Shown here piece after piece: positions 52,608 through 64,000 of a stretch of 64,000 nucleotides of DNA (the first letter of the stretch is position 1; every line of letters starts with the position of its first letter). The position numbers were made by a program, and so were the translations under genes. The notes beneath the pieces were generated by a model. That model was not told the origin of the DNA, ran no database searches, and saw only the letters and a program-made list of their open reading frames with translations. The DNA comes from Trichinella spiralis (taxonomy: Eukaryota): the NCBI RefSeq assembly GCF_000181795.1, contig NW_003526941.1, positions 3,437,689 through 3,501,688 on the forward strand. The letters are read 5' to 3'.

Positions 52608-54360
52608 TTAGCATAAATTTAACAAAATGAAAAATGAAAAAAACAGCAACCAGTAGAAAGGTGACGATAATTGTGACGCATTAAAAGTGGCAAGAACAAC
52701 AACGTCGTCTATTGGATCCAAATTAACCACGCAGCCAAAATTGCTTTCTTTGAAGCCAGCTCTACAAACGCAGATGTAACCGCCGACGGTGTTGACGCAG
52801 TCTGTGTTAAATTTAGAACATACGGCCGTTCCTTCGCCGCATTCGTCCACGTCAACGCACATCAACGCATTCGGATCATAACGCATTCCATGTTCTGGAC
52901 AACTGCAGCTGCTGTTCAAGCGATTCTGTATCAGATCAAAAAAATTCGTATTTTCATTCAAATCCAAATGACAGCCACTTAGACCCTGTTTTGTGCAGTA
53001 ATTCAGTTGATCATGATCACAAGATGGTTGATATACTGATCTTCTTTCGCAACATGGATCTGGGCAGAAACTTCAAAAAGCGCACGTCATTTTCAAGTAA
53101 TTACTTATCATTATACATGACAATTAAAATGTTTGAAACCTTAACGCAGTTAGCATTTTTTATTCAATTTTAATCTCTGTTTCTGTTACATGCAAGTAAA
53201 TATACAAGTATATCTTGTGTATATTTTTGTTTCTCCTGTTTTTATATTATTATAATTTTACTTTTTGTCCGTTCTATTAGCAATTTCAATTATCATTTAT
53301 ATAAGTAAACAGAGTATTTATAGTGGACCGACTGATTTTTAGCTTAGCGCTTATTAGAGCTGCATGGTGTTTTATGTAGTGCTATTTAATTTACATTTAT
53401 ATTTAAATATGTTAAGTGAAGAAATATATGATGCATCAGTTTTGCACACCATACGGCATTTGTAATCGCTAGGACAGCTAATTCGACAACCTGCTTAATA
53501 GAATGAATGATGCATGAGTGTGTATATTTTCCTCTTTTAGAGATTGAGAAATCTTGTTAATCTTACCTGAACAGTGCACAACGAAAAGGCTCTTCGTCGA
53601 GAAAGTCAATCAAATAGGTACTGTTTATTTTAACAGACGGCTCGATGTAGCTGTAAAAGTGTTTGTTGAATCCAATGAACCATTTATCCGTGTAGCTGCA
53701 GTACGGTAAATGCCTTAGCAACGGTAACTGAAGCATAGTCATCCAACACATGAAATACATTGCAGAAGTTCCAAAAACAAAATAATCATCCATGTCCGCC
53801 ATTGGTGGAAAATAGCTAGAATCGTCCAGTTGATGCACTTCTTGCCAGTAATTACTTTTAGAAGAATGGGCTTCTGTGAACATCTCTGGATTAGCAAATT
53901 GACTGTGGTCAAATGCTTTTGCAATTGTGGCAACACAAGCGAAAAAGCTCGTCGTACATGGATCTTGTAAAACTGGATGTACGTGCATAAGAGGCGGATC
54001 TGGAAATGATGACAAAGGAATCGGCTTGACTTCACGCCTGGTGTCTTTGCCGTGAATTTTGAAGATGCGAATATAAAATGCGGCTCGTCCAAGTTCGCAC
54101 AAAACTTTTATCCTATCGTCTCTATTCATTCTCAAATTATACTGGGCATAATCGTACTTTATTCGATAAGAAACTGGTGCGACAAACCGAAATCCTTTCT
54201 GAGCCAACTTCCACGCACCTCTGCTTTTTTTCCACGTCTTCAGCACTCTGTTCTTTATGGCTGATTTCCACGATACACCACCTTCAACGTCGGAGGGGAT
54301 GAAACAGACGAACAATAACGTAACAAAGAGAAAAATTAAAGCACGTCGAGCGAAGTTCAT
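52608..54360 (-). CDS. Secreted/surface protein (~418 aa): unknown N-terminal domain, FCPDPCC Cys-rich region, Ca-binding EGF domain and hydrophobic C-terminus; intron 53071-53566
   Basis: Donor TTCAG|GTAAGA at 53567/53566 and acceptor TTTTTGAAG|T at 53071/53070 join the two ORFs in frame (PFRCALFSFCPDPCC). EGF_CA: CVDVDECGEGTAVCSKFNTDCVNTVGGYICVCRAGF. N-terminal signal peptide. Confidence 0.75.
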
Positions 54361-55179
54361 TTCAACAGCAATGAGTTCAATTCAAATGGCCCCTTTAATG
54401 TTGACGTATCATTATAAATTTTTTAAACTTTAGCCTGATTATATTTTACGTCAGTTACAGTAAAATTTTTGTTAAATATTATTTCAGTGCAAATATTAAT
54501 TTATATTTATTTCAATTGCCAAATTGTTTAAAATTTAGCATAAAGTGAGAAAAATAATAAAGTGAAATTTAAATTGTTGGAAGCTGAATAAAATGTTTGC
54601 ATTGAAAATTAGCATTAAAAATTGTCTCGTCATGATTAAGTAAGTGAATGTTGTAAGTTAGTTTGAAAGCAACACAATAATGTAAATAAAGTTAATGACT
54701 ATTGATTAAACAGGTTAGCATAGACTGTAGCTGAATAACTTCGGATAGCGCCATGGTAAAATTTGATTGCATTAATATTATTTATCATTCATTTACAATT
54801 TACATACAGTATTTTGTCATTTTTAATTCGATTAAAAGTGCAATGCTATCAAAAGTGCATTTATTGCTTTTACATGAAAGAAAAATTGTAATACGCGCTA
54901 GTAATTGTTTTTAAATTTTATAATAAACTTCAAATTGCTAATAAAGTTGTATTTATTTGTTGGAGTATCTGTTAATGAAAACTCTAATTTGAACTTGAAA
55001 ATCGACATACTGTAATACAGTATGCTGATAAACGTGTAACGGAATGCTTTTTAATAGTGATAGTTGGGAATAGTTTTTCCTGGGATTTGTTATATTTTTT
55101 ATATGAAAAAAATTAAAATTTTGCTTTTTGTAGAAGCTGTATTTTTTGGCGTCCACAGTTACTGATTAGTCAGTGAAAC

Positions 55180-56063
55180 ATGTCTACGACTATTGATCAA
55201 GTATAATGTTTTTTTTTGAAATTTTTAAATATATGGTTATATTTATTATTTATAATATTTAGACAGAAAGATCATTCCAAAAACAACCACATGTTTTTTT
55301 GAACAGAAAAACCATTACTGCGGTAGGGAAAAAGAAATCCAAGAAGCCACTTCGATGGGTGCGCAATATTGGGCTGGGCTTCAAAACTCCACAGCTCGTA
55401 TGTGTTATTACTGAATAGATGTCTAGGCACTGTGAACTGAAAGCGTTAAGTTGCATGCCATTTTAAATTTTCAGAAATATTTAGTATATTTTCTTAATAC
55501 AGACGTGGTTTCTTGCAATCTTTTTATTAGGCAAAGGAGGGAAATTACATCGATAAAAAATGTCCATTTACTGGTAATGTCAGCATTCGTGGACGGATTT
55601 TAACTGGTGTTGTTATGAAAATGAAGATGCAGCGAACTATTGTAATTAGACGTGATTATCTTCATTACGTTAAAAAGTATGCTCGATTTGAAAAGCGTCA
55701 CAAAAACATGTCTGTGCATCTCAGTCCATGCTTTCGGTAAGCACATGTGTTGTTAAAATTATGAACTTTTCGGTGGCTTTGTTTTACTTATTTTCAGTCA
55801 TTTTTCTCGGTTGCATTGTAATGTTTTTTAAGTTTAAGTTGAAAATTAGTTTCACATTAAACTGTGAAATTGAAAAACGAAATATTTTTTTTTGTTTCAG
55901 TATAATTTGAACTGTATTTAATTTCATGTTTTGTTTTAGTGATGTTAAGGTTGGTGATATAGTTACAGTTGGGGAATGTCGACCGTTAAGCAAGACCGTT
56001 CGTTTCAATGTTATCAAAGTCACCAAGGCACCGGGATCGAAGAAAGCCTTTGAAAAGTTCTGA
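55180..56063 (+). CDS. rps-11: 40S ribosomal protein S11 (uS17); exons 55180-55200, 55263-55397, 55531-55736, 55940-56063
   Basis: [16 protein letters not shown]...IGLGFKTP|...[21 protein letters not shown]...[14 protein letters not shown]|...[17 protein letters not shown]. Confidence 0.97.
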
Positions 56064-56329
56064 ATTAAATGATGATAAATTTTATATTCGTTCATGTTGG
56101 AATGAAAAGTAAAATAATTTTTAAAAATCCATGTTATGTTGCATTTATTGTGTAATTTCAATTATATATTATTTTTTAATTTTAATTTTATTTAGCTTTA
56201 TTTAATTTATTTATGAAATTTTATCTGCGGAACATTAAAATTACGTTTGTAATTTTTACATAGAACCCAATTAAGTTGTTGAAGAACTACATTGTACAAA
56301 GAATTGCGTTGCTTTTCTTATTGGCAAAG

Positions 56330-56437
56330 AAGTCCTTGTTGGAGGGGAGCAGTGCAGCTCGATGAAGTTTTACTGAGAGTTAGTCTGCTAACACCCAACG
56401 AATTATTCATTAAAAAATTTTTGGAGTCCTACGGGAC
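56330..56437 (+). ncRNA. U4atac: U4atac minor-spliceosome snRNA
   Basis: The 5' segment UCCUUGUUGGAGGGGAG and the internal UGCUAAC complement the conserved U6atac segment as I recall it (GUUAGCACUCCCCUUGACAAGGA; stems II and I). K-turn 5' stem-loop AGCUC-GAUGA-AGUUUUA-CUGA-GAGUU. Sm site AAUUUUUGG at 56416-56424. Terminal hairpin GUCC-UACG-GGAC. Confidence 0.85.
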
Positions 56438-57596
56438 ATGGTTTTCTTACACAGTGCTATTTTTTTCTACGCACAATATTTACAGTAAGTACTTCATTTG
56501 GGGATGTGTAAGATTTAATAAGATTTAAAATTGAATTGATTTCATTAAACTGTTTTTTAACGTTATACATTTTTCAGAAGTTAGTTATAGTTCTGTTTTT
56601 TTCATTTAATTTAAAACCGTTTTTGATATCAAGAGCATTACATACTGTTTGGAAAATTTGATAATTTTCTAATATTAATTTTAAATTGTTAGAATAACCA
56701 TTACTTGCTATTCAACCGAAAATTCCCCGGATCAATAACTGCACATTTCTTGACTTATTTAATTTTACTCTTTGCTGATTTTTGAACAGATTAGTGCAGC
56801 GGCAGAACACAAATGTAAGTCTCAACAAGTTGGGCAGCGGGAAAATAATCGAGTAGCTGTGCTCGTTCATTTCATGTGCAAGCAAACAAAAACTGTCTAC
56901 ACATTGACGGGAAATCTCATGTTCTTAGGCTGTTTTGGGGATGGAAAACAGTTTTTGAAAGTGGTGAAGTTTTGTTATGCTTTTTAATGTTATGAATGAT
57001 GTTCCTGTATTCTAATTTCTAGTGGAATGTTTTAACGGCAGTTGAATACATAAGAAGAAAATTATTTACAGTTTGAAACCATTGATTTGTTGCTTTGTTT
57101 GTGGTATGTAATACGTGAAGAACAGAAGTAGCGTCAAATCCGAATGCAGAAATATTTGCACAAATAAAATTTGAAAGTTGTATTACAACTGATTTACTAT
57201 TGAAGGACAGTATATGTTAAACAAGCTTTACCCCTTTAGTTAAGGGCAGTGGACATTTGAGCATGATTATTAGTATAAACTCGTGTTTGAACTATTCGCA
57301 GCGGTTTATATGGTGCTGCTGTAACAAAAAAGTAATACAAACAAAATTTCAATGAACACTTACCAACATTTCGATTGTCTTATTTCATTAGTATTTCTTT
57401 CTTATTTCTTATTTCTTTTATTTACAGTTACTGAGGTCCGATTTTCTTCTAACGTATTACTCCAATCCAAAGTTTCTGTGAAAATCAAATATCAAAACTT
57501 TCAGAAGTTACTGTGACTGTCGTCACCGATTTTTCACTCATGTTAGACTAGTGTTTGTTTATATATGTTTATATATATATATATATATATATATAT

Positions 57597-60500
57597 GAAT
57601 TCACTGTACAGCCAAGTTAAGATGAGATTGTTTGGTTTTTTACTCTTTTCAGTTACGTCGTAATTACTGTAAAATTACAGTAGATTATCTATTAACAGGC
57701 AGGTTTAATTTATTTTTTTACTTGATCGTTTTGTTGTTGTACAGTAGTTACTGTAATGCAATGTGGTAAGGCAGAAATTGTAAACTGTATCGCCGTGAGC
57801 AATGTTATTTCATAAAATTTATACGCTATTACGAATTGGAAACTAGATTATTCAACCTAAGGCAAAGTAATTTTCTATTTGCATAATTTGCTATTTACTC
57901 GGTTACTAATTTTCATTTTCATAGCTAGTTATTCAGCGTATCGTCATGACGGCACGTGCTGAATTCCAGATCTCTCCTTCAATTGTTATCTATGATTGAA
58001 AGGTATGCTATGATATGTTGCCTGTGATATCCATCTGTGCTTTTATAGCATGGGAAATTTGCTTGCTATTTGTATGAACATACTAATATGCTAGCTGGAA
58101 TTTGTTGATTGCCGTTTCGTTTTATTTTACACGTTTTGATGCATTTTTGCATATCTACAATCTGTGATCAACTGTAGAAAACAAACAACTAACAGTCTGA
58201 ATAAATAATAGCTAAAAAATTCAGTATATTATTTTTATATATTCGTTTTAGACTTACTGTGTGCGGCAAGTGAATAATGACGTTTCAAATGGAATACTAA
58301 ACGCTTCCGTAAAAGTTTTTTGTTTTCATTTATTGAAAACCACATAATTGAATAAAGTAACTCGTGCAGAATGTGGACCTCAACGATGAAGTATTTTCGG
58401 TGAGTTAAATTTTTTTTAATTTGAATTTTGAATTGTTTAAAAACATAGCTGCTAATAGATGTTGATTCTCAAGATTAGTGAAATTTACAGCATATGTAGT
58501 GTGTAAAATTTGCTGAAATTTGACGTCTTAAGTAACGTTTAATTAGAGTAGTGTATCACAAATCATGTATTTTCACGTTGTTTTACTATTTCAGGTTAAA
58601 TAGAATTTTTTATTCCACAATGCTGAGATCAGATTGAAAATCATTTTTCCAGAATAGGCAATTTAGAATACAGTTTTAGTTGAATGAAGTCAGGAAAATT
58701 AGATTGTTTTACCTGAGGCAAAGTAGTTTGCTATTTATATAATTTACTTTTCAGAGTGTTTCATCTTGTAGTCATTTAGTCTATAGCCATGAAGGAATTT
58801 GCTAAACTTCAACTTCATCAATTTTTGAAGGATGAGTTGTTTTTTACATAACAAAACTGCTACTGTTTGCATGATATTGGTGCATGCATGCATAACACCA
58901 TATATGCTGGCTTGTGATGGATGAGCTTTTCTGTTATTAGCATTTTTTATAGTAATGTCATTATGTTTCAGGTGCCATCGGTTTGTCGTACTCGTTAGAA
59001 GATAGCAACAACGCTTTAAGTTCTCTGAACTTTGGTAAGTTTTCATTAGCCGCTTTTACAGCATGCAATGGGATGTAACAAGACTTTGCCACGAATTAAC
59101 AGAATTATTGCATGTAAATAATTTGTAATAAATATTTCCCAGCGATTACTGCTTCGCATTTTGAAAACGGAAAAATTACATTTCATTTTTTAATCCGTAT
59201 ACTGACAGAATTCATTATTTAGGCAATTGAACCCCTCCGTGGTTGCAGTTTTTTTCTAAACGATACCATAATGATTGCCTGTAGCATCCATCATGCAGAA
59301 AACCCTAGCTTGGTGTACTGCAACGCCAATCGTTGCGTCTGTCAACGAGATGTGGAATTTCCAACCCCAAAATTGCGGATCCAGTGGAAGATGTGCTTCG
59401 TACAGTTAAAGCCCCAAAAGCACCAACGCAGTCAATAGAAGAATGATTTGGGCATCAAAAGAGTGCAAGCATTTCCAGAGATTGCACGAATGCTTCATGG
59501 TTGCAGTTTTATCAAAACGATACGATTATGCAAAGGAAACAGAAGAAGAAGCTGTCCAAATTGCGCAGTAGATTTGTCGAGAAGCTTTACAAGTGATTCA
59601 GGTAAGTCATTGAGCAGTATTTATTTCATACTGGGTTTATTTTTCTACTTCTAAGTCATAGCAATAAATAATATGCATAAAGTTTTTAGATATGGATCGA
59701 AATGGATAGATTGGAAGAATGATTCCAACATCAAAAGTGCAAGCATTTCCAGTGATTCCGCGACTGCTCACGGTTGAACATTTATCAAAAGGAAGTGCAA
59801 AGAAGACAGAAAGAAGTTGCCCAAATTGCGCAGTAGATTTTTCGAGAAGCTTTACAAGGGACTCAGGTAGGTTATTGAATAGTATTCATATTCTCCAATT
59901 GTCATGCATTAATTTTTTAGGTGCGGATCGAAATTGATAGAATGGAAGAATGATTCCAACTTCAAAAGTGCAAGCATCCTGATCAAAACGAAGTGCAAAG
60001 AAGACAGCTGTTTGAATTGAGCGGCAAATTTGTTTAGAAGCTTTAGCGCAGGTAAGTTAAATTAAGCCTGAAACTTATACATGCAGTTCATAAAGATCTT
60101 TTATAGAGTCTGAGATGCATTGTTGGTGAATTTGGAAGTATCACCTTATCCGACGAGAGATCAGATCAGAAGAGAACAGATCTATCAGAAGAAGCGATGT
60201 TTTATGGTGAGAACTCCAATTACAGGTGGGAGGTGTTCGGTAAGCTGCATTTCACTTGGGATGCAATATCCAGCACAGAGCGTTTATAAAGTCTTTCGAC
60301 AAGCATTGCAACCAACCCTTGTTGGGATTATCGATTGGAATTAGCATGTGAGACACGATTTTTTCCTGAAAATTTGGAAATCGCCTGAGGCGTAAATCTG
60401 GGTGTAGCTTAAGGGTGAACATTTTTTTGAAAATGGATTCAGGCGTAGCTCCGGGTGAACCTTGAGGGCGAAATTTTTTTTAAAATTGCCTGAGGTGTAC

Positions 60501-63500
60501 CCTGGGGCGTAGCCTGGGGGAAATTTTTTAAAATTTTAGAAAATTTTGAAATTTCAGAAAACAGTTGCCGGAGGCGTAGCCTGAGGCATAGCCTGAGAGC
60601 AAATATTTTTTTGAAATTTGCCTCAGGGGTGGTTTGAAGGCAAATAGTTTTTTTAAATTGCCTGAGGCATAGCCTGAGAGCAAATATTTTTTTAAAATTG
60701 CCCTGGGGCATAGCCCAGGGCGTAGCCGCAGGGTAAAATTTTGAAAAACTTGGAAAATTTTTGAAATTAAAAAGACGTTGCCCGGGGCGTAGCCTTAGGC
60801 ATAGCTGGAGGCATACCTCGAGGAAATTTCCCAAAAGGGAGAGCCTAGAGCATAGCCTGAGGCGATAATTTTATTTGATCATTTTCATTCTAGGGTTATT
60901 TTCTTAAAGGCTCTCCTGCAACTTACCTTACCTGACACATACGTGAATGCCCATACCTAAAATGTGTTAATATTAACTGATAGCCTTAACGCAATAACGG
61001 ACCCTTACCTGATAATCCTGTTGAGATGTGGAATGTTCGCATAGTTCATTTCACACATTTCAGATCTGATCAGTTGTTCCTGATCAGATCTGAAATGTTG
61101 TATCAGAGAAGTGTTAAGGAACTTACTAGTCTTTGATGCAAGATGAACGCACGTATAGTTCTTGAACAGTCCATCTTCTCAAATCTGCTGCTAGTATGAA
61201 GTGTCCGTCGTTGAGTCTGCTGTTCTTTAACTTCTGGCAGATCCTCCCAAACACCATGTTACCAGATCTAAAACATAAGAGCGTTAATAAGTAAAGCAAT
61301 AGGTAAAAGTAATAAGTACTTACTTGACTTTATGATGACGCAAGTTGAACGGTTATTATTCATCCTGTCCAATCCACTAGCGTCAATAGCAAACGATTCT
61401 GTAAAAATTACACCTGAAAATAGTGTCAAATGTAGGACTTACCTGTGACTCGAAGAATAAGTATGCTCGGCAAAGTATCCAGTGCTGTAGAGACATGTAT
61501 ATTCCCTCCAGCTGGTGGTTTCTTGTTTATATGGATTCCCATCGAAAAAATGTCTTTCTTTAATTTATGCAATGGGGTGAATTTTCTTAGCATGTTCTCA
61601 TTAACATTGTGCAGCTTCATCTTCCCAGACACCCATGTTACCAGATCTAAAACATAAGAGCGTTAATAAGTATAGTAAAGCATCATAAAAGTAATAAATA
61701 CTTACTTGACACTATGATGACGCAAGTTGAACGTGTAATATTCATCCTGTTTAATCTGCTATGGTCAAGTATTAAACGATTTTGTTGATGAAAAATTGAA
61801 CCTGAAAATATGTATGAGTAATGTCAAATTTAGGACTTACCTGTTACTCGAAGAATAAGCATGCTCGGCAACGTATCCAGTGCTGTAGAGACAAATGAAT
61901 ATTCCAACCAGCTGATAATTTCTTGTTTATACGGGTTCCCTAAGGAAAGCTGTCTTTCTTAAATTTATGCGATAGGTTCAATTTTCTTAGCATGCTCTCA
62001 AGCAGCTACGCATGACGAATTGTCTTTCTCCATTTCACGCATGTAGTGGAATCGCTGACAGTCAGCCAAATCCATCCGTGTGATTATTTTTAACCATGTG
62101 GTAGAAATTATAAAGATTTGATGTCACAAAGTCTCAAAATGTCTGAAAATTATTAATTATTGCTATTACTGGTATTAAATAGCCATATTATAAAAAGGAA
62201 TTGAAGACAAATAACAGTGCATCTGGATTTAAGCTTTACGTTACACATAGAAATTGTAAATAGAATACTCACTTGTTAAATCAGGTGCATATGATAAAAA
62301 TGTGGAGATCATTTGCTCAACTTGAGGGTTCAAAGATGTTGCTATTTCAATCTTAAACCAAACAACTTTATCCACGGAGTTTAAAGTATGTTATACTTAC
62401 CCTAGTTCACTTTCAGCGTTACGATCCCATAATGTTGACGTTTTTCAAACTTCAAAATAATGTGAACCACTTCAGCAGTAGAAAATAATAAAGGCACAGG
62501 AATTTAAACTATAAACCATAAAATAAGTGCTATACTGATAATCTGTTATTGTAAAATATACATACCATTATTCATATTGAGCTGTGAAGTAAGTCACCGT
62601 TGTTCACTTATCCTAAAAGTTATTAGCTAATATAATATTTCAGTTTTCTAAGGGAGTGAAATATGGACAAAGATGTTTTTACTTACATGATGACTTTATT
62701 CCATCACGAAAGATACGTGGACGTATCGAACATTTCCAAGTAAAAATGATAATAGAGAATATTGAATGTGTTATGAACTAGTATAAATTTTCAAATATTA
62801 ATGTGTGCAGAATAAAGGATTTGTTTTTTACTTACATGTCATCTTTATTTCTGTCAAAATTCAGCGACAGTGCCATCACTAGCGAGGAAATTTAGTATTA
62901 CAAAATAAATAAGTGGCTTGAATTCTAAAATTATTATGATGCACCGTTATTTGTCTTCAATTACTTTTTATAATATGGCTCTTTCACGTTGGCTTATCTG
63001 ATTATATTCATGCTAATAGTAAGGCAGAATGGTAATTGTAGCATACGTATTGCACTACTTACCCTTTCTTTCATGTGAAATTGAATTTAATTATGTGAGT
63101 ATTGGTAATTCGTTGCCCTTTACAGTTTTATAGGAACAGCTCCAGTTGTCGGCATTGAAGTGGTTTGTCAGTTCCTTCTCCGTTTCTGAAAAAATTTTAT
63201 TTCAATAAGATACTACATATTCGGAATAGATTGAAAATTTAACTTGCTCTTCATGGCACATGTATGTAATATTCCACTGCAACCCGTGTGAAATCTGAAA
63301 GTAGAATATATTAGAAAATTCATCTCAAAATACGGAATATCAATAAGTACTCTATTGTCTGTTGCATCTATAAGGAAACGAAGTAATGTGTCATCAGGAA
63401 TAATTCAATGTTAGTACTGTTAGCGGGAACAGATATCAGTTCGAAATGACAAGTCATGCAAATAGCGTGCATAGAAGATGAGCACTACATTATAGAATAG

Positions 63501-64000
63501 CACTTACCTCTTCATCAAAGATGATATTCAAGAGTGCTACTATATTTCCGCACATTCCGATACGGCGATATGCTATAGAACTGACCATAGATACGACATT
63601 CTGAAACATTGCATAATAGTAATTAAAGTTGCCTTTGGTAGAAGAACCTACTTTACGGTAAATTATAGCGTATTAGCATAAATTATTGACCTTTTATTAA
63701 TGTTACTGTTATAATTAAAGCTATTTTGCTTCTGGTTATATAAGTGTATGGATAATGCAATTAGCATAAAAATTTATTTCACTAAACTGTAATAGTATAT
63801 CAGCATTGATATAAATGAAAAACTATATTGATTAAGTATGAAAAAAAATTGACGTTAACAATTGTTATTTGTTTAAAGTGGAAATAAAAAGATGTGATGC
63901 AAGAAGATGTACTACATGCGTTACATTTTATATTATGAAATATGAAGGCTGATAATTAATAGCTTTATGTGAAATAGTAAAAGAATAGTTAGGTAATGGT
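57597..64000. repeat. Right copy of the large inverted repeat (runs off the window end)
   Basis: Begins GAATTCACTGTACAGC immediately after (TA)n at 57570-57596, and is the reverse complement of 1198-7624. Confidence 0.97.
60383..60863. repeat. Mirror copy of the GCCNNNGGC/A-tract cluster
   Basis: Repeated GCCTGAGGC, GCCCAGGGC, GCCTTAGGC and similar; a ~20-bp indel in an A/T tract relative to the left copy. Confidence 0.9.

Noticed and set aside
57250..57332. Two small hairpins followed by ACA (H/ACA snoRNA-like)
   Set aside because: No convincing ANANNA hinge, and the stems are short and G-U rich.
7625..57596. Core genes as a coherent cargo or functional pathway of a giant transposon
   Set aside because: The genes are functionally unrelated and include single-copy housekeeping genes. 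No transposase, integrase or polymerase is visible in the window.

Overview
AT-rich eukaryotic genomic DNA with short GT-AG introns and TTTCAG/TTTTAG acceptors. It is most consistent with a clade I nematode such as Trichinella; this is inference from intron style, gene content and a minor-spliceosome U4atac snRNA. A ~50 kb gene-rich core (7.6-57.6 kb) holds about 16 protein genes: a GNAT acetyltransferase, CSN3, a large C2H2 zinc-finger protein, testican, LLPH, a NUDT8-like hydrolase, a coiled-coil orphan, a four-SH2-like protein, three secreted Cys-rich paralogues, a kinectin/RRBP1-like protein, an EcKL/CHK kinase, beta-glucuronidase, a CBM14/repeat protein, an EGF-domain surface protein and RPS11. 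It also holds a compact U4atac snRNA. The core is bracketed by two near-identical inverted copies of a >=6.4 kb repeat that end in (TA)n tracts. The repeat has no credible ORF. Instead it has two convergent arrays of exon-like units with strong splice signals, which meet at a central cluster of GCCNNNGGC palindromes and phased A/T tracts. This repeat is the most unusual structure in the window.
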